This document shows positions 48,879 to 62,457 of a stretch of DNA of 64,000 nt, piece by piece. The translations under genes were made by a program, and so were the position numbers. The stretch is from Escherichia coli (GTDB taxonomy: Bacteria; Pseudomonadota; Gammaproteobacteria; Enterobacterales; Enterobacteriaceae): assembly GCF_003334355.1 (NCBI RefSeq), contig NZ_QOWP01000008.1; one strand, given 5' to 3'. Within the stretch, counting starts at the first letter, position 1; each line of letters opens with the position of its first letter. Under the pieces are notes generated by a model, which did no database searches, had not been told where the DNA came from, and worked only from the letters and a program-made list of their open reading frames with translations.

Positions 48879-50084
48879 ATGTTTCATCTCGATACTTTAG
48901 CAACGCTTGTTGCCGCAACGCTGACGTTGCTGCTCGGGCGTAAGTTGGTCCATTCCGTCTCCTTTTTGAAGAAATACACCATACCGGAACCTGTTGCGGG
49001 TGGTTTGTTGGTGGCGCTGGCGCTACTAGTACTGAAAAAAAGCATGGGCTGGGAAGTCAACTTTGATATGTCCCTGCGCGATCCGTTAATGCTGGCTTTC
49101 TTCGCCACCATTGGCCTGAACGCCAACATTGCCAGTTTGCGTGCCGGTGGGCGTGTGGTTGGCATCTTCTTGATTGTGGTTGTTGGTCTGTTGGTGATGC
49201 AAAATGCCATTGGCATTGGTATGGCTAGCTTGTTAGGGCTTGATCCGCTGATGGGGCTGTTGGCCGGTTCTATTACGCTTTCCGGCGGTCACGGTACGGG
49301 CGCTGCGTGGAGTAAATTGTTCATTGAACGTTATGGCTTCACCAATGCGACGGAAGTGGCGATGGCCTGTGCAACGTTCGGTCTGGTGCTGGGCGGCTTG
49401 ATTGGCGGTCCGGTGGCGCGCTATCTGGTGAAACACTCCACCACGCCGAACGGTATTCCGGATGACCAGGAAGTCCCGACGGCGTTTGAAAAGCCGGATG
49501 TGGGACGCATGATCACCTCGTTGGTGCTGATTGAAACTATCGCGCTGATTGCTATCTGCCTGACGGTGGGGAAAATTGTTGCGCAACTTTTGGCTGGCAC
49601 TGCTTTTGAACTGCCGACCTTCGTCTGTGTACTGTTTGTTGGCGTGATTCTGAGCAACGGTCTGTCAATAATGGGCTTTTACCGCGTCTTTGAGCGTGCG
49701 GTATCCGTGCTGGGTAACGTAAGCTTGTCGTTGTTCCTGGCGATGGCGTTGATGGGGCTGAAACTGTGGGAGCTGGCTTCGCTGGCGCTGCCGATGCTGG
49801 CGATTCTGGTGGTACAGACCATCTTCATGGCGTTGTATGCCATCTTCGTTACCTGGCGCATGATGGGCAAAAACTACGATGCGGCAGTGCTGGCTGCGGG
49901 TCACTGTGGTTTTGGCCTCGGTGCAACGCCAACGGCAATCGCCAACATGCAGGCGATCACTGAACGCTTTGGCCCGTCGCACATGGCGTTTTTGGTGGTG
50001 CCGATGGTCGGTGCGTTCTTTATCGATATCGTCAATGCGCTGGTAATTAAGTTGTATTTGATGTTGCCGATTTTTGCCGGTTAA
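48879..50084 (+). CDS. gltS: Sodium/glutamate symporter GltS
   Basis: 401-aa ORF. Confidence 0.9.
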   Translation: MFHLDTLATLVAATLTLLLGRKLVHSVSFLKKYTIPEPVAGGLLVALALLVLKKSMGWEVNFDMSLRDPLMLAFFATIGLNANIASLRAGGRVVGIFLIVVVGLLVMQNAIGIGMASLLGLDPLMGLLAGSITLSGGHGTGAAWSKLFIERYGFTNATEVAMACATFGLVLGGLIGGPVARYLVKHSTTPNGIPDDQEVPTAFEKPDVGRMITSLVLIETIALIAICLTVGKIVAQLLAGTAFELPTFVCVLFVGVILSNGLSIMGFYRVFERAVSVLGNVSLSLFLAMALMGLKLWELASLALPMLAILVVQTIFMALYAIFVTWRMMGKNYDAAVLAAGHCGFGLGATPTAIANMQAITERFGPSHMAFLVVPMVGAFFIDIVNALVIKLYLMLPIFAG

Positions 50085-50127
50085 CCGATGAAGCGGCGGT
50101 AGAAGTGCCGCCGCAACAAAGACAAAT

Positions 50128-50209
50128 GCCTGATACGCTTCGCTTATCAAGCCTGCGTATTGATTCATAATTTATTGAATTTGTAGGGTGATGAATCGCA
50201 TCCGGCAGG
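50128..50209. repeat. Pair of degenerate REP-like palindromic units (BIME-like) between gltS and recG
   Basis: gcctgatacgcttcgcttatcaagcctgcgta and gtagggtgatgaatcgcatccggcagg resemble REP consensus halves. Confidence 0.45.
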
Positions 50210-50252
50210 AAGGTAGGGTAACCTGAAATGGCGGTCTTCTCACTGCCGCCTT

Positions 50253-52334
50253 TTACGCATTCGAGTAACGTTCCGTCTCCGGCATCCAGCGTTCTATCAG
50301 GGCTTTTGCCTGTTGTGGGTAACGTTCGTGAATATGGCGTGCCAGGCGCTGAACTTCCGGGATCATCGCCTGATCGCGCAGTAAATCCGCCACTTTAAAT
50401 TCAGCATTACCCGTCTGACGCGTGCCTAACAATTCGCCAGGGCCGCGAATCTCCAGATCTTTTTGCGCAATCACAAAACCGTCGTTACTGTCGCGCAGCA
50501 CTTGCAGGCGAATTTGCGCCGTTTTAGAAAGCGGCGTTTTGTAGAGCAGCACGCAGTGAGAAGCCACCGCGCCACGACCTACGCGCCCGCGCAGCTGGTG
50601 TAACTGCGCCAGACCCAGACGCTCCGGGTTTTCGATAATCATCAGACTGGCGTTAGGCACATCAACGCCGACTTCAATAACGGTTGTGGCAACCAGCAGG
50701 TGTAGCTCACCTTGTTTAAACGACGCCATCACCGCCTGTTTCTCGGCAGGTTTCATCCGCCCGTGTACCAGGCCAACGTTCAACTCTGGTAGCGCCAGTT
50801 TCAACTCTTCCCAGGTAGCTTCCGCCGCCTGCGCTTCCAGCAATTCCGACTCTTCAATCAACGTACAAACCCAGTATGCCTGACGACCTTCAGTTATGCA
50901 GGCGTGGCGCACGCGGTCAATAATGTCGGTACGGCGGGTATCAGGAATAGCGACCGTAGTCACTGGCGTGCGGCCTGGCGGCAGCTCATCTATCACCGAG
51001 GTATCGAGATCAGCATACGCAGTCATTGCCAGCGTTCGGGGGATCGGCGTGGCGGTCATGATCAACTGATGAGGATGGAAGCCTTGCTGCTGGCCTTTCT
51101 CCCATAACGCCAGACGCTGATGCACGCCAAAACGATGCTGTTCGTCGATAATCACCAGCGCCAGGCCGTTAAACAGCACCTGTTCCTGGAAGATGGCGTG
51201 TGTACCGACAATCATCTGCACCTGACCGCTGGCGATAGCTTCCTGCTGTGCCAGCCGCGCTTTACCTTTCTGCTTACCGGCGAGCCAGCCCACTTCGATA
51301 CCAAGCGGTGCAAACCAGTTACGGAAGTTATTGGCGTGCTGTTCGGCGAGTAATTCGGTTGGTGCCATCAATGCCACCTGTTTGCCGTGGGCAATCGCAC
51401 GCAGCGCGGCGAGGGCAGCGACCAGCGTTTTACCGGAACCTACATCGCCCTGTACCAGGCGCATCATCGGCACATCCAGCGCCAAATCGCGCTCGATCTC
51501 CGCCACCACGCGAGCCTGAGCGCCCGTTGGCTTGAACGGTAAGGCGGCAAGAAGTTTATTTTTCAGCGTGTCATTGGCGCTCAGCGGCTGGGCATGGAAA
51601 CGTTGCGCTCCGGCGCGTAAGGCTAACATGCTGAGGTTATGCGCCAGCAGTTCTTCCAGAATCAGACGACGTTGCGCCGGATGCTGTCCGGTTTCCAGAT
51701 CGCTAAGCTGCAAAGTCGGTGGCGGGCGATGCAAAGTGCGCAACGCTTCTGGCAGCGTCATCATTCCTTGTGACAGTTCCGGCGGCAGGAGTTCTTCAAT
51801 GGCGCAGGTGTCGAGCAGATCCAGCGCCTGGTCGGTTAATTTACGCAGCGTGGCCTGCTTTACGCCTTCCGTAGTTGGGTAAACCGGCGTGAGCGTTTCC
51901 TGTAACTCTGGCGTGCTGAGATCGCCTTGCACGCGGTATTCCGGGTGGATCATCTCCGCACCATATTTACCGCGCTTTGCTTCTCCATAAGCCAGTACAC
52001 GGCGGCCCGCCGCCAGGCTATTTTTCATTGCCGCGCTGAAATTGAAAAAGCGCATGGTGAGGATGCCGGAACCGTCGCTGATCTGGCAGGTCATCATCCG
52101 TCGACCGCCGAAGGAGATATTGCAGTTCAGCACTTCGCCTTCCACCGTGGCATAAACGCCCGGCAGTAGTTCTCCGATGGGGTAGAGATGGGTGCGATCT
52201 TCGTAGCGCAGGGGAAGGTGTAAGAGTAGATCCTGCACGGTATGCAGGTTGATTTTCGCCAGTTTGTTACTAAGTGCTGCGCCAACGCCCGTTAGGGAAC
52301 TGAGTGGGACAGCATCTAACAGGCGACCTTTCAT
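50253..52334 (-). CDS. recG: ATP-dependent DNA helicase RecG
   Basis: ORF 50253..52367; start at MKGRLLDAVPL gives 693 aa; Walker A GDVGSGKT and DEQH motifs. Confidence 0.95.
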   Translation of the reverse strand: MKGRLLDAVPLSSLTGVGAALSNKLAKINLHTVQDLLLHLPLRYEDRTHLYPIGELLPGVYATVEGEVLNCNISFGGRRMMTCQISDGSGILTMRFFNFSAAMKNSLAAGRRVLAYGEAKRGKYGAEMIHPEYRVQGDLSTPELQETLTPVYPTTEGVKQATLRKLTDQALDLLDTCAIEELLPPELSQGMMTLPEALRTLHRPPPTLQLSDLETGQHPAQRRLILEELLAHNLSMLALRAGAQRFHAQPLSANDTLKNKLLAALPFKPTGAQARVVAEIERDLALDVPMMRLVQGDVGSGKTLVAALAALRAIAHGKQVALMAPTELLAEQHANNFRNWFAPLGIEVGWLAGKQKGKARLAQQEAIASGQVQMIVGTHAIFQEQVLFNGLALVIIDEQHRFGVHQRLALWEKGQQQGFHPHQLIMTATPIPRTLAMTAYADLDTSVIDELPPGRTPVTTVAIPDTRRTDIIDRVRHACITEGRQAYWVCTLIEESELLEAQAAEATWEELKLALPELNVGLVHGRMKPAEKQAVMASFKQGELHLLVATTVIEVGVDVPNASLMIIENPERLGLAQLHQLRGRVGRGAVASHCVLLYKTPLSKTAQIRLQVLRDSNDGFVIAQKDLEIRGPGELLGTRQTGNAEFKVADLLRDQAMIPEVQRLARHIHERYPQQAKALIERWMPETERYSNA

Positions 52335-52339
52335 GGCAC

Positions 52340-53029
52340 TTACCCTGCAGCCTGCATAGTAGCCCACCAGTCGGCATCAGCTTCGATCTCGCCTTGCTGA
52401 TTGACGTGGGGATAAGGCAGGCCTTTGCGTTTTGCGACTTTCGCCAGCACCGGATAGCCGCCTTCAAACAACAGGCGTTGTTGCTCTGCTTCCGGCAACA
52501 TGCTGTTTTCACGCAGGTACATGCCTGCATTTTGCCGCTGACGCTGGGCTTCGTAAAGAATGAGGGCTGAGGCAACGGAAACATTCAGCGACTGCACCAT
52601 GCCGATCATCGGAATGATGATGTCCTGATCCGCCAGGGCCAATGCTTCCTGCGTGATGCCCGTTTTCTCCTGTCCCATCAAAATGCAGGTCGGGCGAGTG
52701 TAATCAATTTCGCGGAAATCGACAGCGTTATCAGAAAGATGGGTTGCCAGAATCTGCATGCCCTGGCCTTTGAGATGAGCGACGGCATCGCCAATGGTGC
52801 GGTGTGTTTTCACCTGTACCCAGCTGTTACTACCCGCCGCTGCCGAAGCCATGGTGCGCATGCGGCTACCAGGCCAGACGGCGTGAACTTCATGTACGCC
52901 AACGGCATCTGCGGTACGAATAATCGCAGAAACGTTATGAGGTTTGTGGACCTGCTCCATGCAGACGGTCAGATCAGGCTGCCGCCTGGCGAGCATTTCG
53001 CAGATGCGTGCATAACGTGTTGGGTTCAT
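52340..53029 (-). CDS. trmH: tRNA (Gm18) 2'-O-methyltransferase TrmH (SpoU)
   Basis: 229-aa ORF between spoT and recG. Confidence 0.9.
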   Translation of the reverse strand: MNPTRYARICEMLARRQPDLTVCMEQVHKPHNVSAIIRTADAVGVHEVHAVWPGSRMRTMASAAAGSNSWVQVKTHRTIGDAVAHLKGQGMQILATHLSDNAVDFREIDYTRPTCILMGQEKTGITQEALALADQDIIIPMIGMVQSLNVSVASALILYEAQRQRQNAGMYLRENSMLPEAEQQRLLFEGGYPVLAKVAKRKGLPYPHVNQQGEIEADADWWATMQAAG

Positions 53030-53035
53030 AAAACA

Positions 53036-55144
53036 TTAATTTCGGTTTCGGGTGACTTTAATCACGTCTGGCATCACGCGGATTTTGCGCATGATATTCG
53101 CCAGATGCACACGGTCACGAGCGGTCAGACGAATAAAGGCGCTGTAGACGCGACCATCTTTCTCTTCCGTATTCAAACTTTGAATATTCGAAGTCGTGGT
53201 GTTAATTGCCGCCGTCAGGTTTGCCAGCGCACCCTGATGATTGAACATCTCCACCTTGATTTCGGTGATGAACTCCTGCGCCGTCTCTTTATCCCATTCC
53301 ACAGCCATAAACTTCTCTGGCTCTTTCTGGTAGCCACGGATATTACGGCAGGATTCATGGTGGATCACCAGACCTTTACCGGGGCTGACGTGGGCGATAA
53401 TCGGGTCGCCAGGAATAGGGCGGCAGCATTTCGCAAAGGTGATCAGCACGCCATCGGCACCTTTAATGGGCAGATGTCCGTGGCTTTGGGTTGCCGGTGG
53501 AATGGAGGCGTCCCCATGTTGCAGATTTTTCGCGACCACCACGCTCATTGCGTTACCAAGTCCGATTTCTGCCAGCAGATCGTCAAGCGTTGCCAGCTTC
53601 ATGCGATCCAGCTCGCGCTGAATATTTTCCTGCGGGATTTCATTCAGCTTACGGCTACCACCCAAAGCATGGTTGAGCAGACGACGGCCCAGGCTTACAG
53701 AATCATCACGCTTGAGGTTTTTCAGCAACTGACGAATTTTGGCGCGCGCTTTCGAGCTAACGACAAAGTTCAGCCAAGCGGCATTCGGGCGAGCGCCCGG
53801 AGCGGTAATGATTTCAACGGTTTGACCGCTGGTAAGCGGCTGCGACAGCGGGTAAGGCTGGCGGTCAACGCGTGCGCCCACGCAGGCATGACCGATATCG
53901 GTATGCACTGCATAAGCGAAGTCGACGGGCGTTGCACCGGCAGGCAGCTCGACAATGCGCCCTTCCGGTGTGAAAACGTAAATCTCATCCGGGAAGAGAT
54001 CGGATTTAACGCTCTCGATAAATTCAAACGAACTACCGGCGCTCTGTTGCAGCTCCAGCAGGCTTTGCATCCAGCGCTGGGCGCGGATTTGTGCGGTAGT
54101 ACTGGTTTCGCCGTGCTCTTTATAAGCCCAGTGCGCGGCAACACCCATCTCCGCCATCTGATCCATATCTTCGGTACGGATCTGGACCTCAACCGGCACG
54201 CCGTGCGGGCCAATCATCGAGGTGTGCAACGACTGATAGCCGTTCGCTTTTGGAATGGCGATATAGTCTTTCACGCGGCCCGGACGCGGCTTGTACAGGC
54301 TGTGCATCTGGCCCAGCACGCGATAACAGGTGTCAGAATCATTGACGATCACGCGGAAAGCGTAGATGTCCATGATTGAGTGAAAACGCTGCTCTTTGAG
54401 CACCATTTTGCAGTAAATCGAATAAAGATGCTTTTCGCGACCACTGACGCGGCACGGTATTCCCGCTTCCTGCAAACGCCCTTCGATTTCAGAGAGGATT
54501 TTTTGGATCATCTCTTTACGGTTGCCGCGCGCGGCTTTCACCACTTCTTTAATTACGCGGTAACGATTGGGATACAGCGCCTCAAAACCCAGCTCTTCGA
54601 GTTCGGTTTTAATGTGGTGGATACCTAAACGGTGCGCCAGCGGGCTATAAATTTCGAGAGTTTCACGGGCGATGCGGCGACGTTTGTCCGGGCGAAGTGA
54701 GCCCAGCGTGCGCATGTTGTGGGTACGGTCGGCAAGTTTGATGAGGATGACGCGGATATCCTGCACCATCGCCATAATCATCTTGCGAAAGTTTTCGGCC
54801 TGCGCCTCTTTCTTATCGCGGAACTTGAGTTTATCAAGTTTCGACACCCCCTCTACCAGCTCGGCGACGCTTTTACCAAAAAGCTGTTCCATATCCTGGT
54901 AGGTGGCGGGAGTATCTTCAATCACGTCATGCAGCAGCGCCGCCATCAGCGTTTCATAGTCGAGTTTCATCTCGGCCAGAATGCAGGCAACCGCTACCGG
55001 GTGCGTGATATAGGGTTCACCGCTTGAACGTGTTTGCCCCTCGTGAGCATCACGTGCAACGAGATACGCCTGCCGCAGACGCTTGATTTGGTCTTCCGGC
55101 AGGTAGGTTTGAATCAGTTGATTCAGGCTTTCAAACAGATACAA
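53036..55144 (-). CDS. spoT: Bifunctional (p)ppGpp synthetase/hydrolase SpoT
   Basis: 702-aa ORF initiating at TTG; HD hydrolase and RelA/SpoT synthetase domains. Confidence 0.95.
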   Translation of the reverse strand: MYLFESLNQLIQTYLPEDQIKRLRQAYLVARDAHEGQTRSSGEPYITHPVAVACILAEMKLDYETLMAALLHDVIEDTPATYQDMEQLFGKSVAELVEGVSKLDKLKFRDKKEAQAENFRKMIMAMVQDIRVILIKLADRTHNMRTLGSLRPDKRRRIARETLEIYSPLAHRLGIHHIKTELEELGFEALYPNRYRVIKEVVKAARGNRKEMIQKILSEIEGRLQEAGIPCRVSGREKHLYSIYCKMVLKEQRFHSIMDIYAFRVIVNDSDTCYRVLGQMHSLYKPRPGRVKDYIAIPKANGYQSLHTSMIGPHGVPVEVQIRTEDMDQMAEMGVAAHWAYKEHGETSTTAQIRAQRWMQSLLELQQSAGSSFEFIESVKSDLFPDEIYVFTPEGRIVELPAGATPVDFAYAVHTDIGHACVGARVDRQPYPLSQPLTSGQTVEIITAPGARPNAAWLNFVVSSKARAKIRQLLKNLKRDDSVSLGRRLLNHALGGSRKLNEIPQENIQRELDRMKLATLDDLLAEIGLGNAMSVVVAKNLQHGDASIPPATQSHGHLPIKGADGVLITFAKCCRPIPGDPIIAHVSPGKGLVIHHESCRNIRGYQKEPEKFMAVEWDKETAQEFITEIKVEMFNHQGALANLTAAINTTTSNIQSLNTEEKDGRVYSAFIRLTARDRVHLANIMRKIRVMPDVIKVTRNRN

Positions 55145-55162
55145 GGGCGACCCGCTTTGTGA

Positions 55163-55438
55163 TTAACGACGACCTTCAGCAATAGCGGTAACGGCTTGTA
55201 ATTCAGCGGCTTCCTGCTCTTGCTGTTCCTGGCGTTCGCGAACGTCGAGGATCTGGTTGTTGATCAGACCTTCTTCGATTTCGCGCAGCGCGATTACAGT
55301 GGTTTTATCGTTTTCTTCCGGTACCAGCGGATCCTTTCCGCCTACCTGCATCTGACGAGCGCGACGCGCGGCGACCAGTACCAGGTCAAAACGGTTACCA
55401 ATTTTCTCTACAGCGTCCTGAACAGTTACGCGTGCCAT
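55163..55438 (-). CDS. rpoZ: RNA polymerase omega subunit
   Basis: 91-aa [32 protein letters not shown]. Confidence 0.95.
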
Positions 55439-55492
55439 ACTTAAAAAGCTCCACAGGTGAAGAAATGACTGGGCATGATACTGAAATCAGGT

Positions 55493-56257
<765 letters not shown>

Positions 56258-56281
56258 TATTCACTGCAATAAAGACGATTC

Positions 56282-56334
<53 letters not shown>

Positions 56335-56335
56335 T

Positions 56336-58670
<2,335 letters not shown>

Positions 58671-58961
58671 GGTTCTCTCCCTAAAAATCTGTCTGGCAGG
58701 GTAGCGATTTGTGCGTATTGTCACGATTGAGATTTTTTAAGGTGAGAGGAAATTGATAACTTGTAGTTATGTGAAATCGCTATTTTCTGTAGCGTAGATG
58801 CATTCTTCTGACTTCTTGTCTGAGAAAATGCATAAGAAAAAATAGGTTAAAATTGAGGGGGGGAAAAGAAAGGTGCAATGTTTAGCCATTGTGTTCACCG
58901 CACCTGGACTTTGGCTTACGCATCGGGTATCTCAATCAACAAAAAGAGTTTTTAGTTTCTG

Positions 58962-59786
58962 CTATTTCTTCTCTGTAATTTTTACACTGTTTTCCAACTG
59001 CTTGATGCTGACCTGCGGGGTCGGCAACTCCTCAGGCATGGTTCCGCCAAGTTCCTGAATGGTTTGCCTCACCTTGCGACCCACGTCAAAGTGTGTGGTG
59101 TTTGCTTGCTGTTTTGAATTCACGCCATCCCGCTTGAGTTTTTCTTCTGTTTGGGTAGCTCGAAAGAGATTAGCCGCCAGTTCTGTTGAACCCATATGAT
59201 CCAGGATCTTCTGACTCTTTTTCAGCCCCTTCCGCTGATGGATGGCTTTCTGATCTAATCCACCATACAGCCCCCGGTAACCATGATTCTGAAATATGGC
59301 GAAATCGATAGCTGTCGCTACCCCAGCTTGCTGCGCTGCCTCAACTAATTGTTTGTTATGTTCTTTCAATTCATTTCTCAGAAAAAGACGCTTTTCGTCT
59401 TCACGAAGTTGCCTGAAAGCTTCATCGTCAGCCAGCTCCTGCCGTCGGGTCTGGATAGCAAAATAAGTTTGCCCTGCCGCAATAACCGGTTTCGCAGGGT
59501 CGCCGTTTTGTACTACCAGGTAACAGGCATAGCGGGAGAGATGAACATCTTCAAGTTCTCGTTGAGCCCCTGAACCTAATACAACCATTTTGGTGGTTTC
59601 AACGAAATGGTCAGATGCAGCTTGATTGCTGGCTTCGCACGCTTGAGTCGCGCGGGCAAGTACCTTTTGAAAATTGCGCCAGTCCCGATAATCCAGTAAC
59701 GGTGCCAATTCTCTCGCTGACCAAAATTCTTGCCCTTCAGTGCCATAATGCCGTATTTCTTCAAAAGGTTGATGATGTTCGTTCAT
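58962..59786 (-). CDS. dinD: DNA-damage-inducible protein DinD
   Basis: ORF 58962..59798; start at MNEHHQPFEE gives 274 aa; LexA box 46 bp upstream. Confidence 0.85.
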   Translation of the reverse strand: MNEHHQPFEEIRHYGTEGQEFWSARELAPLLDYRDWRNFQKVLARATQACEASNQAASDHFVETTKMVVLGSGAQRELEDVHLSRYACYLVVQNGDPAKPVIAAGQTYFAIQTRRQELADDEAFRQLREDEKRLFLRNELKEHNKQLVEAAQQAGVATAIDFAIFQNHGYRGLYGGLDQKAIHQRKGLKKSQKILDHMGSTELAANLFRATQTEEKLKRDGVNSKQQANTTHFDVGRKVRQTIQELGGTMPEELPTPQVSIKQLENSVKITEKK

Positions 59787-59831
59787 TGCCCACTCCATGT
59801 GATATCGATTGCAAAGAAAGTAAATCTGTAA

Positions 59832-59847
59832 CTGTATTTATATACAG
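59832..59847. promoter_or_regulatory. LexA box of the dinD promoter
   Basis: CTGTATTTATATACAG fits CTG-N10-CAG. Confidence 0.8.
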
Positions 59848-60007
59848 TTGTGAGTATCTCACGTTCTCAGTGTGCTGGGCAAAAAGACATCGCAAAATCT
59901 GGAACAGGCACGCAAAACAGAATTGAAAGTTGCGGAGAAGAAAAATGCCGCTCTGTTTGAGTGGGCGGCATTTGTGAAGGCTGAAAAGTAAGAATTGGCG
60001 TTACGAG

Positions 60008-60871
60008 TTATTCAATGTTCTGAATCTGTTCGCGCATCTGCTCAATCAACACTTTCAGCTCAATCGCGGAGTTTGTCACTTCGGCATTGATAGACTTCGA
60101 AGCAAGAGTGTTCGACTCGCGGTTGAACTCCTGCATCATAAAGTCCAGACGACGACCAACGGCTTCTTTTTTCTTCAGAATGTTGTACGTCTCATTAACA
60201 TGCGCTTCGAGGCGGTCCAGTTCTTCGGCAACGTCAATTCGTTGTGCCAGCAGAACCAACTCCTGCTCCAGACGGTTGTTTTCCAACTGCACCTGAGCAT
60301 CTTCCAGCTTCGCGACCAAGCGTTCACGCTGCCATTGCAGGATTTCCGGCATATGGGAGCGGACTTTGACCACTTCGGCGGTGACGCCTTCCAGACGCTG
60401 CTCAATCAACGCTTTCAGCGCCTGACCTTCGGTTTCGCGAGCGATGATAAAGTCATCCAGGGTGCCATCCAACGCCGCGAGAATTTCAGCGGCAATCGCG
60501 TCGAGATCCTGCTCCTGGGCTGCCATCACGCCCGGCCAGCGTAGAATATCAACCGGGTTGATTTCCCCTTCGTCACTCTGCATTTTTACCCAGTTCGCGG
60601 CAGTTACCAGCTGTTTAGCCAGTTTTTCATTGAGGATCAGCTCACCTTGTGCGCTAACATCTGGCTCATAGCGCAGGGTACATTCCACTTTACCGCGCGT
60701 CAGGCGAGAACGAATACGCTCACGAACGACAGGTTCAAGGCTACGGAACTGCTCCGGCAGACGAAAGTAAGTTTCCAGATAACGCTGGTTTACCGAGCGC
60801 ATTTCCCAGGTTGCGCTCCCCCATTCACCCTTGATTTCACGCCGGGCGTAGGCGGTCATACTGCGGATCAT
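60008..60871 (-). CDS. yicC: YicC-family stress-induced protein
   Basis: 287-aa ORF; divergent from rph. Confidence 0.9.
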   Translation of the reverse strand: MIRSMTAYARREIKGEWGSATWEMRSVNQRYLETYFRLPEQFRSLEPVVRERIRSRLTRGKVECTLRYEPDVSAQGELILNEKLAKQLVTAANWVKMQSDEGEINPVDILRWPGVMAAQEQDLDAIAAEILAALDGTLDDFIIARETEGQALKALIEQRLEGVTAEVVKVRSHMPEILQWQRERLVAKLEDAQVQLENNRLEQELVLLAQRIDVAEELDRLEAHVNETYNILKKKEAVGRRLDFMMQEFNRESNTLASKSINAEVTNSAIELKVLIEQMREQIQNIE

Positions 60872-60997
60872 AGACGTTCCTGTTTATAAAAGGAGAGGTG
60901 GAAGGATTATAGCCATCGATGCCTTGTCAGGATAGGAATAACCGCCGGAAGTCCGTATAATGCGCAGCCACATTTGTTTCAAGCCGGAGATTTCAAT

Positions 60998-61714
60998 ATG
61001 CGTCCAGCAGGCCGTAGCAATAATCAGGTGCGTCCCGTTACCCTGACTCGTAACTATACAAAACATGCAGAAGGCTCGGTGCTGGTCGAATTTGGCGATA
61101 CCAAAGTGTTGTGTACCGCCTCTATTGAAGAAGGCGTGCCGCGCTTCCTGAAAGGTCAGGGCCAGGGCTGGATCACCGCAGAGTACGGCATGCTGCCACG
61201 TTCTACCCACACCCGTAACGCTCGTGAAGCGGCGAAAGGTAAGCAGGGTGGACGCACAATGGAAATCCAGCGTCTGATCGCCCGTGCTCTTCGCGCGGCA
61301 GTAGATTTGAAAGCGCTGGGTGAGTTCACCATTACGCTGGACTGCGACGTGCTTCAGGCTGATGGTGGCACGCGTACCGCGTCGATTACGGGTGCCTGCG
61401 TGGCGCTGGCAGATGCGCTACAGAAGCTGGTGGAAAACGGCAAGCTGAAAACCAACCCGATGAAAGGGATGGTAGCCGCAGTTTCTGTCGGAATTGTGAA
61501 CGGCGAAGCGGTTTGCGATCTGGAATACGTTGAAGACTCAGCCGCAGAGACCGACATGAACGTAGTGATGACCGAAGACGGGCGCATCATTGAAGTGCAG
61601 GGGACGGCAGAAGGCGAGCCGTTCACCCATGAAGAGTTACTCACCTTGTTGGCGCTGGCCCGAGGGGGAATCGAATCCATTGTAGCGACGCAGAAGGCGG
61701 CGCTGGCAAACTGA
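60998..61714 (+). CDS. rph: RNase PH, apparently wild-type full-length (238 aa)
   Basis: ORF 60974..61714; start at [14 protein letters not shown]; C-terminus ...[18 protein letters not shown] with an intact G5 run. Confidence 0.9.
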   Translation: MRPAGRSNNQVRPVTLTRNYTKHAEGSVLVEFGDTKVLCTASIEEGVPRFLKGQGQGWITAEYGMLPRSTHTRNAREAAKGKQGGRTMEIQRLIARALRAAVDLKALGEFTITLDCDVLQADGGTRTASITGACVALADALQKLVENGKLKTNPMKGMVAAVSVGIVNGEAVCDLEYVEDSAAETDMNVVMTEDGRIIEVQGTAEGEPFTHEELLTLLALARGGIESIVATQKAALAN

Positions 61715-61720
61715 TTTTTA

Positions 61721-61748
61721 AGGCGACTGATGAGTCGCCTTTTTTTTG
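61721..61748 (+). terminator. pyrE attenuator (UTP-sensitive intrinsic terminator)
   Basis: aggcgact-gatg-agtcgcct hairpin followed by T8, 7 nt after the rph stop and about 30 nt before the pyrE ATG. Confidence 0.85.
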
Positions 61749-61779
61749 TCTGTAGAAAAGTAAGATGAGGAGCGAAGGC

Positions 61780-62421
61780 ATGAAACCATATCAGCGCCAG
61801 TTTATTGAATTTGCGCTTAGCAAGCAGGTGTTAAAGTTTGGCGAGTTTACGCTGAAATCCGGGCGTAAAAGCCCCTATTTCTTCAACGCCGGGCTGTTTA
61901 ATACCGGGCGCGATCTGGCACTGTTAGGCCGTTTTTACGCTGAAGCATTGGTGGATTCCGGCATTGAGTTCGATCTGCTGTTTGGCCCTGCTTACAAAGG
62001 GATCCCGATTGCTACCACAACCGCCGTGGCGCTGGCGGAGCATCATGACCTGGACCTGCCGTACTGCTTTAACCGCAAAGAGGCAAAAGACCACGGTGAA
62101 GGCGGCAATCTGGTCGGTAGCGCGTTACAAGGACGCGTAATGCTGGTGGATGATGTGATCACCGCCGGAACGGCGATTCGCGAGTCGATGGAAATTATTC
62201 AGGCCAATGGCGCGACGCTTGCTGGCGTATTGATTTCGCTTGATCGTCAGGAACGCGGGCGCGGCGAGATTTCGGCGATTCAGGAAGTTGAGCGTGATTA
62301 CAACTGCAAAGTGATCTCTATCATCACCCTGAAAGATCTGATTGCCTACCTGGAAGAGAAGCCAGAAATGGCGGAACATCTGGCGGCGGTTAAAGCCTAT
62401 CGCGAAGAGTTTGGCGTTTAA
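61780..62421 (+). CDS. pyrE: Orotate phosphoribosyltransferase
   Basis: ORF 61765..62421; start at [11 protein letters not shown] gives 213 aa. Confidence 0.95.
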
Positions 62422-62429
62422 AGAAACTC

Positions 62430-62451
62430 GCCGGATGAAAAGTCATCCGGC
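62430..62451. terminator. Hairpin terminator between convergent pyrE and slmA
   Basis: gccggatga-aaag-tcatccggc inverted repeat. Confidence 0.7.
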
Positions 62452-62457
62452 GTCATA

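Noticed and set aside
50094-50115. GC-rich stem-loop (gcggcgg ... ccgccgc) right after the gltS stop, considered as a terminator
   Set aside because: Not followed by a T-run on either strand; more likely part of the REP/BIME-like cluster or a stabilising stem than an intrinsic terminator.
52739-54379. 546-aa plus-strand ORF antisense to trmH/spoT
   Set aside because: Lies entirely within and opposite to the well-supported spoT and trmH genes; low-complexity R/A/G-rich translation typical of a GC-rich antisense shadow ORF.
59869-59988. Small plus-strand GTG-initiated ORF (~39 codons, K/E/A-rich) just beyond the dinD LexA box
   Set aside because: No recognisable Shine-Dalgarno sequence and no ATG start; it lies in the dinD upstream / yicC downstream region and is more likely chance. 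Would need ribosome profiling to revisit.
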